Below are positions 17,904 through 28,485 of a stretch of DNA of 64,000 nucleotides, piece after piece. Both the position numbers and the translations under genes were made by a program. The stretch's first letter is position 1, and each line of letters opens with the position of its first letter. Under the pieces are notes generated by a model that searched no databases, was not told the DNA's origin, and saw only the letters and a program-made list of their open reading frames with translations. The stretch comes from Candidatus Kapaibacterium sp. (lineage in GTDB: Bacteria > Bacteroidota > Ignavibacteria > Kapaibacteriales > UBA2268): contig OY762428.1 of the NCBI GenBank assembly GCA_963665665.1, positions 4,192,001 through 4,256,000 on the forward strand, in the 5' to 3' direction.

Positions 17904-19991
17904 ATGAATTTTATAAATCCTCTGGCATTATTTGGTTTATTTGCAGCTGGCATTCCGGTATTGCTGCACCTGCTAAATTTACGAAAACTTAAAACTGTTG
18001 ATTTCTCAACATTAAAATTCCTTAAGGAATTACAAAAAACAAAGATCAGGAAGTTAAAATTGAAACAGATCATACTTCTGATCCTTCGCACACTCCTGAT
18101 AATTTTTGCTGTTATGGCTTTTGCCAGGCCTACCATAGAAGGAACTATACCCGGACTTGAAACATATACCAATACAAGTTCCGTTATATTACTGGATAAT
18201 TCTTTCAGCATGGATATTTCAGACCACAACGGCAATCGATTTAATTATGCAGGAAAAAAAGTTCGTGAAATTCTTAATTCCATGAAGGAAGGGGATGAAT
18301 CTGCAATTATTCCTATGTCAGGCAACCTGCCGATTGAATACACATTGTCTTCCGATATTGAATTATTAAAAGATCAGGCAGCCTTGATCAATGTATTCAA
18401 TAGTTCATCAAGCCTTGACAGAACGCTGAAAAATGCCGGTATATTACTTAGCGATGCGAAGAATCTGAACCGGGAAATTTATATTATCAGCGACGCTCAG
18501 GAAAACATATTTGATCTGAATGATACTTTTGATATAATTAATACGAAGTCTCCGATGATGTTTGTACCTGTAGCGGAAAAATCATCAGAGGTTCAGAACC
18601 TTTCTGTTGATTCTATCAATGTAGTTACAAAGATATTTAGCGTGGAAAAACTTGTTGAAGTTGAAGCTTTTATTAAAAACAATTCCGGCAGCAACGTAAA
18701 TGCAGTTGTTGTCAGCCTTGTGTTCAACGGGGAAAGAGTTGCCCAAAGGGCAATAGACCTGCCGGCTGGTGAAACCCGCAGCCTGACAATAGCGGCCAAA
18801 CCGGACAGAGCCGGTGATTTTTCAGCGTCGGTTGTAATTGAAGGCGACGCACTGGAAATTGATAACAAAAGATATTTTGGTTTCTACATTCCACCTTCAC
18901 CGTCAGTGGCACTTATTTCTGAAAAAAAATCAGCCAGATTTATTAAATCAGCTATTGAAGCAGTTAACAGTGAAAGTGATAAAATCAGGTTGCAGGCTTT
19001 CGAACCTGAAAAACTACAATCGATAAATCCCGATAATTTTGACATGATTATCTTAGCTTCCGGTCCGGTTAAGGAATCTGATGCTGAAATATTAATAAAA
19101 TATACCGAAAAAGGCGGAAGCCTTCTAATATTTGCCAATGATATGGTACTTGACAAAGCATTTAACAAATTGGTTAGCGGTATTGGCCTTGGGATTGCTA
19201 AACCGGGCAAATTCAATATTGAAAATCCGGGCAAATTCAGTTCTCTTGATAAATTACACCCCTTGTTTGAAGGTGTTTTCAAGGGGGAAACCAATAATAA
19301 GTCCTTAGTTGAATCTCCTGAAATACTTAAATACAACTCTGTTAGCAGTGGAAATCCGATTATTTCTATTCCCGGGGCTTCATTTCTTAGCGAATCAAAG
19401 CTGGGAACTGGCAGAATTCTTTATTCTGCTGTATCTGCTGATACTGACTGGAGTAATTTCCCGGTTACCGGGCTGTTCCCGACATTGATATACCGAAGTA
19501 TTTATTACCTTACATCTGCCGGAGAAATAAATAAAAACACCGAAACTGGCAAGCCGTTTATGCTTTCTTTACCTATGAAGTTTTCAGCAGGAGGAGATTT
19601 CAGGATTATTTCACCCGACGGCACTGAATCTTTCAGGTCAGCTGCTAAGCTTGGTACTCGTTCAATACTACAATTCGACGATATACCAACCCCGGGAGTT
19701 AATATAATAAAAACCGCAAACGGCAAAACTATTGCCATGCTGACAGCAAATGTACCTGCAAGTGAATCAAAGATAGACCCTTTGGAAGCAGATGATATTA
19801 TCAGAAAACTTGAGCCTGTATCAGGAGGAAATGAAATAATTATTCTAAAAGATGATGAAGATATGGCGAAAAATATTATCCGGGCAAGGGCAGGTACAGA
19901 ACTATGGCAATTATTTATCATTGCTGCTATTTTGGCAGCCGTTGCCGAAATGCTTGTTGAAAGAAACAGCAAAAACGACATTGAATCCTGA
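17904..19991 (+). CDS. BatA N-terminal domain / vWA membrane protein
   Basis: MNFINP...IPVLLHLL...FSTLKFL...LILR...FARP; vWA LDNSFSM and ISD motifs; C-terminal ELWQ transmembrane segment. Confidence 0.85.
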   Translation: MNFINPLALFGLFAAGIPVLLHLLNLRKLKTVDFSTLKFLKELQKTKIRKLKLKQIILLILRTLLIIFAVMAFARPTIEGTIPGLETYTNTSSVILLDNSFSMDISDHNGNRFNYAGKKVREILNSMKEGDESAIIPMSGNLPIEYTLSSDIELLKDQAALINVFNSSSSLDRTLKNAGILLSDAKNLNREIYIISDAQENIFDLNDTFDIINTKSPMMFVPVAEKSSEVQNLSVDSINVVTKIFSVEKLVEVEAFIKNNSGSNVNAVVVSLVFNGERVAQRAIDLPAGETRSLTIAAKPDRAGDFSASVVIEGDALEIDNKRYFGFYIPPSPSVALISEKKSARFIKSAIEAVNSESDKIRLQAFEPEKLQSINPDNFDMIILASGPVKESDAEILIKYTEKGGSLLIFANDMVLDKAFNKLVSGIGLGIAKPGKFNIENPGKFSSLDKLHPLFEGVFKGETNNKSLVESPEILKYNSVSSGNPIISIPGASFLSESKLGTGRILYSAVSADTDWSNFPVTGLFPTLIYRSIYYLTSAGEINKNTETGKPFMLSLPMKFSAGGDFRIISPDGTESFRSAAKLGTRSILQFDDIPTPGVNIIKTANGKTIAMLTANVPASESKIDPLEADDIIRKLEPVSGGNEIIILKDDEDMAKNIIRARAGTELWQLFIIAAILAAVAEMLVERNSKNDIES

Positions 19992-20243
19992 GATCATAAT
20001 GGCAAAAAAAAACCAGAGTGGTTATAATTCTTCAGCAATTTCAATTTTTTTATTGAATTATTGTGGAAAACTTTCCAATTCGATAATTTTTTTAAAAAGC
20101 TAAATTATTTATATTCTATTGTCTTGCGCTAACAGGATTCAATTTTGCCAATTCGCAGGGCTTAAGCGGCATATTTATTGAATTTGTATATTTGGGCGGG
20201 ATTATTATAATAAATAATTTGAATATTGGTGTTGAAATAGTCG

Positions 20244-20597
20244 ATGAAAAAGATTGAGGAATTTAACGAGAGAAGAGATAAGGGTAACAAAGCCATTTTA
20301 GGTGAGGACTTCCTACCCTATAAAAGGTTTTTTGCTCTTGACAGCAGAGCTTATGAAGAGGGTGCCATACCGGAAAAATATAAGGAATTGATGGGGCTTG
20401 TCGGCTCCATGGTTCTAAGGTGTGACGATTGTATAAGCTATCATGTTCAGAAAGCGGCAGATGCAGGCAGCAGCAGGGAAGAAATCAGAGAAGCATTCAA
20501 TATTGCTCTTGTAATCGGGGGATCGATAGTGATACCGCATCTTAGAAGAGCATTTGAAATTCTTGATGAATTATTACCGGCAGATAACAAAATTTAA
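20244..20597 (+). CDS. Carboxymuconolactone decarboxylase / AhpD family protein
   Basis: KYKELMGL..S.VLRCDDCISYH; GGSIVIPHLR. Confidence 0.85.
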   Translation: MKKIEEFNERRDKGNKAILGEDFLPYKRFFALDSRAYEEGAIPEKYKELMGLVGSMVLRCDDCISYHVQKAADAGSSREEIREAFNIALVIGGSIVIPHLRRAFEILDELLPADNKI

Positions 20598-20630
20598 ATT
20601 TGTTTGAAATTTGATTACGGATTATCATTT

Positions 20631-21518
20631 ATGTCATTCGAGAGATTTCAACAAAATACAGTAGTGGAAGAGTTGAAGAAAAATATTGAATCATGCAGAA
20701 AAGAACTGCTGGATATTCTTCATGACCTGCATGATATGGAAAATATCATTAAGCCCCGTATATTATTTATTTACGACAGCCATTTCGGCGATCTGGAACA
20801 GAAACTGAGAAGAAAAAGAAGAAAAGCATATAGTATGCAGAGAAAAGTAGAACTTCTTAATTCAAAGATTGCCAAAGGTGAAAAAATTGACGAAAATACC
20901 ATTGAAATAATTGATAAAATTGTTCAAAAAGAAATTGACCTTAAATCTTCACGGCCCGCCGATTCTAATCCTAACTACCAAAAAGATAAAGATGAAGTGA
21001 AAGAAATCAGTGAGGAAGAAATCCTCGATTTGGAAAAAGAATATTATGAATTGGCTGCTACAAACCAGGAAAACCTTGATCTTCCTTCAATGTATCGCCG
21101 CATTGTGAAAAAACTCCATCCTGATTTGAACGGCGAAACTGAAATTTATAAACGTTTTTGGTATAGCATTCAGGATGCATACAAAAAAGGTAATTTTAAC
21201 AGGATAAAACTTTTTCACAAAACAATATGCCCTGATGATAACAGGAAAAAGTATAGTAACACATATTCTGAAGAACTTAAGCTGAGAAATGATATCCGCC
21301 AGTTGAAAATGAATATTTCGGCTGAAAAACGAAAAATCGAACGTATGAAAAACAAAGAACCCTTTATTCTGGAAGATAAGTTGACTGATAGATTTTGGGT
21401 TGAAACACGCCAGAGTTCCTTGCGGAATCAGCTTTTTAAAGTAGATATGGATATTAAGGCCTACAACCGGCAGTTCAATATGTTGGCAGCGAACGTTCAG
21501 AACAGCCTGAATGCCTGA
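20631..21518 (+). CDS. Coiled-coil protein with internal J-domain-like segment
   Basis: YRRIVKKLHPDLN...IQDAY (HPD motif) between coiled coils. Confidence 0.65.
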   Translation: MSFERFQQNTVVEELKKNIESCRKELLDILHDLHDMENIIKPRILFIYDSHFGDLEQKLRRKRRKAYSMQRKVELLNSKIAKGEKIDENTIEIIDKIVQKEIDLKSSRPADSNPNYQKDKDEVKEISEEEILDLEKEYYELAATNQENLDLPSMYRRIVKKLHPDLNGETEIYKRFWYSIQDAYKKGNFNRIKLFHKTICPDDNRKKYSNTYSEELKLRNDIRQLKMNISAEKRKIERMKNKEPFILEDKLTDRFWVETRQSSLRNQLFKVDMDIKAYNRQFNMLAANVQNSLNA

Positions 21519-21620
21519 CAGATTCCCTGCTTAGCAAAAGTAATATCTGAAAACCTTTTTTTCTACAGTAATTAAATTGTAATTTTGCAGGGAATAAAAT
21601 TACAAAACGATTGGATAAAC

Positions 21621-22388
21621 ATGAAAAAGAAAAAATCCGGTTCAGCCGCAAAAGACTCAATTAAAAAAGCAAATGAGCCGATCAGGCTAAATAAATTCCT
21701 TGCTGAATCCGGGCTTTGTTCCAGAAGAAAAGCTGACGAATACATAGAATCCGGCGTTGTTAAAGTTAACCGCAAAACTGTTAAGGAACTTGGAACAAAA
21801 GTAAAAAGAAGTGATTTTGTTACCGTAAACGGAGACCCGGTAGGCCTGCCTGATAAAATGATATATATATTACTTAACAAACCCAAGAATATTATTACCA
21901 CAACTAAAGATGAGTTAAACAGGCAAACTGTACTGGACATTGTTCGGAAACAAACAAGAATATTCCCTGTAGGAAGGCTGGACAGAAATACAACAGGAGT
22001 ACTACTGCTTACTAACGACGGTGATCTTGCTAACAAACTTACACACCCGAGATATGAAGTGCCCCGTACTTATAATGCCAGACTGGACAGAGATATCGAT
22101 GAAAAGGATGCCATCAATATTTCTAAAGGAATTGAACTTGATGACGGCCCTACTGGCAAATGCCAGGTTTTCATTCATCCCGAAAACAGGAGCAAAGTCT
22201 CACTTACCCTGTCTGAAGGCAGAAACCATGAAGTAAAACGAATTTTCGAAAAACTTGGGTATGAAGTAAAAAGCCTGGACAGGAAATTTTATGCAACATT
22301 ATCCACAAAGGGTTTAAAACGCGGAGAATATAGGCATTTGTTGAAAAAAGAAGTACTTGAACTGAAAAAAATGTTTTCCGGCAAGTAA
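21621..22388 (+). CDS. rluB: rRNA pseudouridine synthase (RluB/RsuA family)
   Basis: S4 domain RLNKFLA..G.CSRRKAD; VGRLD catalytic motif; EGRNHEVKR. Confidence 0.85.
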   Translation: MKKKKSGSAAKDSIKKANEPIRLNKFLAESGLCSRRKADEYIESGVVKVNRKTVKELGTKVKRSDFVTVNGDPVGLPDKMIYILLNKPKNIITTTKDELNRQTVLDIVRKQTRIFPVGRLDRNTTGVLLLTNDGDLANKLTHPRYEVPRTYNARLDRDIDEKDAINISKGIELDDGPTGKCQVFIHPENRSKVSLTLSEGRNHEVKRIFEKLGYEVKSLDRKFYATLSTKGLKRGEYRHLLKKEVLELKKMFSGK

Positions 22389-22477
22389 TAATTTGATATA
22401 AATTTAATTTATGTTTATATTTAAAGAAGCGTTTTTTTGAAATTTTAAAATTAAGTTACGCAGCTTAAAAGTTTGAT

Positions 22478-22951
22478 ATGAAAAATGTGATAATTATTCA
22501 ATTTATTATTCTACTATTGTCATCTGTAGCCATGGCTCAGGATAACAGGCTGGATAAATCCGCTGTTATCGGGGAAAATGTATTTGTTGGTGTGGATCAT
22601 CAGATTTCCGAAAAAGTGGCTGAATTCTTTAATGAATTAAAAGATAACGGCCCGGATAAAGCTTTCAATAAATTCCTGAAAAACAGCCCTATTATTGAAA
22701 GAAAAGATCAGCTGCAGGCCTTAATTGTCCAAACAAAAAGGGCAGTTAAACTTTATGGTGATTTTTTGGGATATGAACCTGTTAATTCGGAAGTTATTTC
22801 AGAATCTTTTGTTCGTGTAAGATATATTGGTAAACATTCCAAATATCCCATGCGCTGGATCTTCACATTTTATAAGTCCCCTAAAAGGGGTTGGATAATT
22901 ATCAATATTAAATTCGACGACTTGTCAGAATACTTCTTCTCGGATGAATAG
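22478..22951 (+). CDS. Secreted hypothetical protein
   Basis: Signal peptide ending AMA; LYG...YE and PMRWIFTFYK motifs. Confidence 0.6.
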   Translation: MKNVIIIQFIILLLSSVAMAQDNRLDKSAVIGENVFVGVDHQISEKVAEFFNELKDNGPDKAFNKFLKNSPIIERKDQLQALIVQTKRAVKLYGDFLGYEPVNSEVISESFVRVRYIGKHSKYPMRWIFTFYKSPKRGWIIINIKFDDLSEYFFSDE

Positions 22952-22973
22952 AGCAATAAAATCTTGATTTTCC

Positions 22974-23006
22974 AGCCCGCCGAGAGTTTTCTGCGGGCTT
23001 TTTTTT
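22974..23006 (+). terminator. Intrinsic terminator immediately upstream of lysC
   Basis: AGCCCGC-N12-GCGGGCT followed by a T run. Confidence 0.75.
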
Positions 23007-23027
23007 AATATATATGCGGGTAATAAC

Positions 23028-24407
23028 TTGGAAAGCCAATCAATTGTAGTTATGAAGTTCGGCGGAACATCGGTTGGATGCAGCCCGGGTTTCAGAAATA
23101 TTAAAAATATTTCAGAGAGAGAAGCCAGAAAGATAATTATTGTTGCGTCTGCAATGTCCGGTATTACTAATTCACTTATCGAGATTGTTGATTATTGTGG
23201 AAGTGCCCGAAAGCATGATGCTATTGAGCTTATTGACGATATTCAGAAGAAACATCTAAGTATGGCCATGGAATTGGAAATTGATACTGAGTCTGGGGCC
23301 TATATTGTTGAGAAATGTGATGAATTGCGCCGTCTTGTCTTTGCCCTTGATATCCTTGGCGAGGTCAGCCCCAAATCTTCAGACCTGATATTAGCCTATG
23401 GAGAGCTTCTATCGACTTTCCTGCTTTATAATTACCTGAAAAAAACTTCGAAAAAAGTTGATCTGATACCTGCCGGCTGTTTTATTACAACTGATTCTTC
23501 TTTTGGAGAGGCAAAAGTTGATATTGAACAAACCTGTTGTAAATCAATTGATACCCTTAATAACAATATTGATTCAGACATTGTTATAACCCAGGGATTT
23601 GCCGGAATAGACCCTGATGGCAAGATAACAACACTCGGACGCGGTGGCTCGGACTATTCTGCTGCATTAATCGCCAAGGGTATTCAGGCTGATGAACTTG
23701 ATATTTACACTGACGTTAACGGTATGATGACAACTGATCCCCGCATTGTACCTGAAGCTATGATAATCTCTAAATTATCATATATTGAGGCATCCGAGCT
23801 GGCATTTTTCGGGGCAAAAGTCCTTCATCCGAAAACTATTTATCCGGCAATAACAGCGAATATTCCGGTCTTTGTAAAAAATACTTTCCAGCCGGATTTC
23901 CCCGGAACTGAAATTACCACCCAGCCCGGTTCAAGGGAAATGGTAAAAGCAATAGCTGTAAAAAAAGGAATAACTGTTGTCAATGTTCATTCGGACAGTA
24001 TGCTGGGTTCCTACGGCTTCCTGAAAAAAGTATTCGATATTTTTGATAAATATGAAACTTCCGTTGATTTGGTTACAACTTCCGAAGTTAATATATCAAT
24101 GACAATTGACAATGATAAAAATATTGAAAAAGTTATAAATGACCTTCAAGAATTTTCAGATGTAAGTTTATTCAGAAAGAAATCGATAATTTCAGCAGTT
24201 GGCGACGGAATAAAGCAAACTGCCGGGATTGCATCAAGATTCTTCAATGCCCTGCGTGGTATTAACATATCAATGATAAGCCTTGGCGCTTCGGAAGTTA
24301 ACCTGAGTATAATTGTCGATGATGAAAATGCTGAAAAAGCTGTCACTTTATTACATAATGAATTTTTCTCTAATATCCGGGATACGGGAATATTTATAAA
24401 AATTTAA
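23028..24407 (+). CDS. lysC: Aspartate kinase
   Basis: VMKFGGTSV, TLGRGGSDYSA, TDV.G..T.DPR, GAKVLHP; two ACT domains; TTG start. Confidence 0.93.
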   Translation: MESQSIVVMKFGGTSVGCSPGFRNIKNISEREARKIIIVASAMSGITNSLIEIVDYCGSARKHDAIELIDDIQKKHLSMAMELEIDTESGAYIVEKCDELRRLVFALDILGEVSPKSSDLILAYGELLSTFLLYNYLKKTSKKVDLIPAGCFITTDSSFGEAKVDIEQTCCKSIDTLNNNIDSDIVITQGFAGIDPDGKITTLGRGGSDYSAALIAKGIQADELDIYTDVNGMMTTDPRIVPEAMIISKLSYIEASELAFFGAKVLHPKTIYPAITANIPVFVKNTFQPDFPGTEITTQPGSREMVKAIAVKKGITVVNVHSDSMLGSYGFLKKVFDIFDKYETSVDLVTTSEVNISMTIDNDKNIEKVINDLQEFSDVSLFRKKSIISAVGDGIKQTAGIASRFFNALRGINISMISLGASEVNLSIIVDDENAEKAVTLLHNEFFSNIRDTGIFIKI

Positions 24408-24437
24408 GCCCTTATTTTCTAATTGTAAAGGTAAAAA

Positions 24438-25661
24438 ATGACAACAATCTCAAATATAGATTTAAAAGAACTGGCTGAACAATTTGGCACTCCGGTTTAT
24501 GTTTATAATGCAGATAAGATCAGAAGCAACTACAAACGGCTGAAAGAAGCATTTGCATCGGTTTATCCCGATACCGATATACATTACTCTGTTAAAGCAA
24601 ACAGCAATATCAGGGTTCTGGAGGTTTTCAAATCAATTGGTGCGGGAGTTGACTGCTCCTCGCCTATGGAAACCATTCTGGCAAGGAAAGCTGGCTTTGC
24701 AGATGATCAGATTTTATATACCGGAAACTACGAAAGCCCGGAAGACCTGCAAACAGCTTATGCTCCGGGAGTAAGGCTTAACCTTGACGATATGTCGTCA
24801 TTCGACAGGTTAAAAAAAATTGCGATACCGGAAATGGTTTCTTTCAGGATAAATCCCGGAATCGGGCGCGGAGGCTTTGAAGGTATAACCACTGCCGGTG
24901 CTGATGCAAAATTTGGGGTACCTTATGAAATGGCTAAGGAAGCATACCAGGCAGCAAAAAATGCCGGTGTTAAAAGGTTCGGTATTCACATGATGACCGG
25001 TTCAAATAACCTGGAACCATATTATTTCGCCGAGGTAACTGAAAAGCTGATGACAATTGCCGGAAGGATTTTCGAGAACCTGGATATTGTACCTGAGTAT
25101 TTTGATATTGGCGGTGGTTTTGGCGTTCCTTATGACGATTACGAGCAGGAACTGAACATTGAACTTACCGCCAGGCTTGTGGCTGAAGCATTCCGCGAAA
25201 AATGTGATAAATTTGGATTTGGAACTCCAAAATTATTAATGGAGCCCGGACGCTATCTTATGGCCAATACCGGATACCTGATAACACAGGTAACCGGGGT
25301 AAAGAAATCATACAAAACATTCGTGGGCGTTGACGCAGGTATGAATACTCTTATACGCCCTGCCCTATACGGAGCCAAACACCGGGTTGAAGTTTACGGC
25401 AAAGAACTGAAAAATGATTTTGTTAACCTTTGCGGACAGATTTGTGAAAATTCAGATATTTTTGCGAATAATATTCCGTTCCCGGTTGCCGAGGAAGGCG
25501 ATATAGTTGTCTTCCGTGAAGCAGGAGCTTACGGATACGTAATGGCATCGAATTATAATAACAGGCTGCGTCCGGCAGAAGTATTGATAGAAAATGGAAA
25601 ATCAAGACTTATCCGGCGTCGTGAAACGCCGGAAGATATTTTGAGACTTTATGATATTTAA
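24438..25661 (+). CDS. lysA: Diaminopimelate decarboxylase
   Basis: FGTPVYVY, YSVKAN (PLP lysine), DIGGGFG, EPGRY, GQICENSD, GAYG..MASNYN. Confidence 0.95.
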   Translation: MTTISNIDLKELAEQFGTPVYVYNADKIRSNYKRLKEAFASVYPDTDIHYSVKANSNIRVLEVFKSIGAGVDCSSPMETILARKAGFADDQILYTGNYESPEDLQTAYAPGVRLNLDDMSSFDRLKKIAIPEMVSFRINPGIGRGGFEGITTAGADAKFGVPYEMAKEAYQAAKNAGVKRFGIHMMTGSNNLEPYYFAEVTEKLMTIAGRIFENLDIVPEYFDIGGGFGVPYDDYEQELNIELTARLVAEAFREKCDKFGFGTPKLLMEPGRYLMANTGYLITQVTGVKKSYKTFVGVDAGMNTLIRPALYGAKHRVEVYGKELKNDFVNLCGQICENSDIFANNIPFPVAEEGDIVVFREAGAYGYVMASNYNNRLRPAEVLIENGKSRLIRRRETPEDILRLYDI

Positions 25662-25674
25662 ATAATGAAAAACA

Positions 25675-27111
25675 ATGACAGAAAAACTTAAACAGATCGA
25701 CAATTATTGCTGGGAACTTCCCAAGGGTACAGTTGAAGGAATGAACGTTCCGGCCCATGTTTACGCCAACAAAGAAATGTTGAAACTTGTTGCCAGGGAC
25801 AGATCCCTGATGCAATTAACAAATGTTACAATGCTCCCGGGAATTCTCGGTCAGGCAGTAGTTATGCCTGATGTTCATGAAGGATACGGCTTCCCTATTG
25901 GCACTGTTGCAGCTATTGCATACGACGGCGGGGTTATATCTCCAGGCGGAATCGGATATGATATTAACTGCGGGGTCAGGCTGCTGAGAACCAATATGAA
26001 CCGGGGTGAAATAATGCCCAGGCTAAAAGAAATATCCAAAGCCATGTATGATGAAGTGCCATCCGGAGTGGGAAAAGGCGGAGGCGTAAAACTGAATATT
26101 CCGGAACTCGACAAAGTATTGAATAAGGGGGTTGAATGGGCAGTTAAAGAAGGCTATGCAAGCAAAAACGACCTGCTGCATATTGAATCCAACGGCTGCA
26201 TGAAAACAGCCGAAGCTTATTCTGTATCCGAAAAAGCAAAAGCACGAGGCAAAGACCAGCTTGGTACAATGGGTGCCGGAAACCACTTCGTGGAAATCAA
26301 TGCCGTACAGCAGATATTTGATCAAGAAGCAGCCGAGGCTTACGGACTTTACAAAGGACAGATAGTTATCCAGATACATACCGGGTCGCGCGGGCTCGGG
26401 CATCAGGTGGCGACGGATTATATTCGCGAAATGATGTCGCAGATGGATAAATTCGGCTATAAACTGCCGGACAGAGAACTTGTCTGCGCTCCTCTTGATT
26501 CCGATATTGGCAAAAGATATCTGGCAGCAATGTCTGCGGCGGCAAACTTTGCCTGGACAAACCGCCAGCTAATCACATGGGAGATAAGAAAAGCCTGGGA
26601 AGAAGTATTCGGCCATACCGACGGCCTGGAACTTGTTTACGACGTTGCTCACAATATCGCCAAAATCGAAAAACATACAATAGCCGGAAACAAAATTAAA
26701 ACTATTGTCCACAGGAAAGGCGCTACCAGGGCTTTCCCTGCCGGACACACCGAAGTACCCGAAGATTATCGCTCCGTGGGGCAGCCGGTTCTTATACCCG
26801 GCAGCATGGGGACAGCCTCCTACGTTCTCGCAGGAAAACCCGGCGGAATGGAAAGGTCATTTGGCTCCAGTTGCCACGGCGCAGGCCGGACTATGTCCCG
26901 CACAAAAGCACGAAAGAAAATATTCGGAAAAGACCTATACAAAGAACTAAGCGGCATGGGAATTCAGGTGCAGACAAAATCCCTTAAAGGCCTCGCCGAA
27001 GAAGCCCCGGCAGCCTACAAAGACGTTGAAACAGTAGTTGACGTAGTTCATGAAGCCGGAATTGCAGGCAAAGTTGCCCGGCTGAAACCATTAGCGGTGA
27101 TAAAGGGGTAA
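25675..27111 (+). CDS. rtcB: RNA ligase RtcB (long type)
   Basis: MPDVHEGYGFPIG, GYDINCG, GNHF, HTGSRG, HRKGATR, HGAGR, EEAP.AYK. Confidence 0.95.
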   Translation: MTEKLKQIDNYCWELPKGTVEGMNVPAHVYANKEMLKLVARDRSLMQLTNVTMLPGILGQAVVMPDVHEGYGFPIGTVAAIAYDGGVISPGGIGYDINCGVRLLRTNMNRGEIMPRLKEISKAMYDEVPSGVGKGGGVKLNIPELDKVLNKGVEWAVKEGYASKNDLLHIESNGCMKTAEAYSVSEKAKARGKDQLGTMGAGNHFVEINAVQQIFDQEAAEAYGLYKGQIVIQIHTGSRGLGHQVATDYIREMMSQMDKFGYKLPDRELVCAPLDSDIGKRYLAAMSAAANFAWTNRQLITWEIRKAWEEVFGHTDGLELVYDVAHNIAKIEKHTIAGNKIKTIVHRKGATRAFPAGHTEVPEDYRSVGQPVLIPGSMGTASYVLAGKPGGMERSFGSSCHGAGRTMSRTKARKKIFGKDLYKELSGMGIQVQTKSLKGLAEEAPAAYKDVETVVDVVHEAGIAGKVARLKPLAVIKG

Positions 27112-27141
27112 GGAATTATTTAAAACTAATGGCCTCAAACC

Positions 27142-27681
27142 ATGATTGATGCAGATTGGAAAACGAAAGTTTTTGAAATTGATGAAAGCAAGATACAGAA
27201 TTATTTGTTTGATCGTTTGAATTCAAATTCTATCAAAATGATCTTTATGTTCATTTTATTTTCCATCATTACATTGTTGCATTATCTGTTATCAAATATG
27301 GTTGAAATGTTCATTACAGTGCCATTTTACATTTTAGTTATCATAGGTGTCGGACATTGGGGAAATAAAAGAGTAAAAAAAGAATGTCAGAAATTGTTTG
27401 GAAGAAAATTTGAACTTACGAGATTTTGTATTGTTCAAAAATCAAATGATAAAATTGATAAGAAATTTGAATTTTATGATATAGCTCTGATTGAAAAATC
27501 AAGACTCGGAGCAAAAATTATAAAAGGAAATACTTTAACAAAGATTGATTATTATATGCCTAAAAGATATTCATCATTACACTTTGATGAATCTCGTTTT
27601 ATATTTGTTCCGAGCATTACTAAAGACTATGATGAGCTGATACAAACACTTGAAATATGCAAGAAAAATGCTTACAATTAA
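27142..27681 (+). CDS. Hypothetical membrane protein (2 TM)
   Basis: Two hydrophobic segments; visibly AT-richer than rtcB. Confidence 0.6.
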   Translation: MIDADWKTKVFEIDESKIQNYLFDRLNSNSIKMIFMFILFSIITLLHYLLSNMVEMFITVPFYILVIIGVGHWGNKRVKKECQKLFGRKFELTRFCIVQKSNDKIDKKFEFYDIALIEKSRLGAKIIKGNTLTKIDYYMPKRYSSLHFDESRFIFVPSITKDYDELIQTLEICKKNAYN

Positions 27682-27719
27682 TTATATTTATTACGTTAAA
27701 ATAATGCAGGAGTATAGAA

Positions 27720-28019
27720 ATGAAAAACAATGAAACCATTACGCTTGATGAATTCAAGGAAAAACACTACGGGCACAGGGGTACGAAGGAAATGGAGGAA
27801 CTTGAAGACGGATGGCAAAACTTCAGGCTTGGCGCGCTTCTGCACGAAGCGAGGCTGGAAAAAGGTTTAACCCGGGAAGAACTTGCAAAAAGAGCAGGTA
27901 CTACAAAATCATATATTTCAAAAATTGAGAATAATGTTAAGGAAGTGAAACTATCGACATTGCAGAAAATTGTTCAATAAGGTCTGGGTGGCAGGATTGA
28001 ATTTTCTATAATTATTTAA
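27720..28019 (+). pseudogene. XRE-family HTH antitoxin-like gene with in-frame TAA at 27978-27980
   Basis: ARLEKGLTREELAKRAGTTKSYISKIEN HTH. Reading through the TAA gives the expected tail GLGGRIEFSIII-stop. Confidence 0.65.
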
Positions 28020-28050
28020 TACCTTATTTTCCAACTATTTATAAATTATT

Positions 28051-28485
28051 ATGAAACCTACAGAAGAACAAATTAAACAAATGGCAGTTACCATTGACTC
28101 AGGATTCCGATGCTGTTTCCATAAAAAAACAGGAGAAATTATTAATATTATGGATGAAATGCATTGGGGATATACTGACGATCCTATTTGGGATGAAAAT
28201 CAGGATTATGTTGACCGGAATAAAGAGTTTTTTATCGAATTCGAACCAATGAAATCCCATGAATCCTTTAAAATAATGGAGGATTTTGCCGATAGCGTCG
28301 AAGATGAAAAATTACAGGACATGCTTTTTTACGCGCTTAACGGCCCCAAACCCTTCCGTAATTTTAAATACCATATAGATAATTCCGGAGAATACCGGCA
28401 AAAATGGTTTGAATTTAAAGCTCATCGAATAATGGAAAACATAAAAAATATTATCAAGGCAAACGAAGAATTTTTTGAGGAATAA
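28051..28485 (+). CDS. UPF0158 family protein
   Basis: KTGEI, SHESFKIMEDFA, AL.GPKPFRNFK, RQKWFEFK. Confidence 0.8.
   Translation: MKPTEEQIKQMAVTIDSGFRCCFHKKTGEIINIMDEMHWGYTDDPIWDENQDYVDRNKEFFIEFEPMKSHESFKIMEDFADSVEDEKLQDMLFYALNGPKPFRNFKYHIDNSGEYRQKWFEFKAHRIMENIKNIIKANEEFFEE

Noticed and set aside
22952-23027. Lysine riboswitch before lysC
   Set aside because: Only about 76 nt, occupied by a simple terminator; too short for the aptamer.
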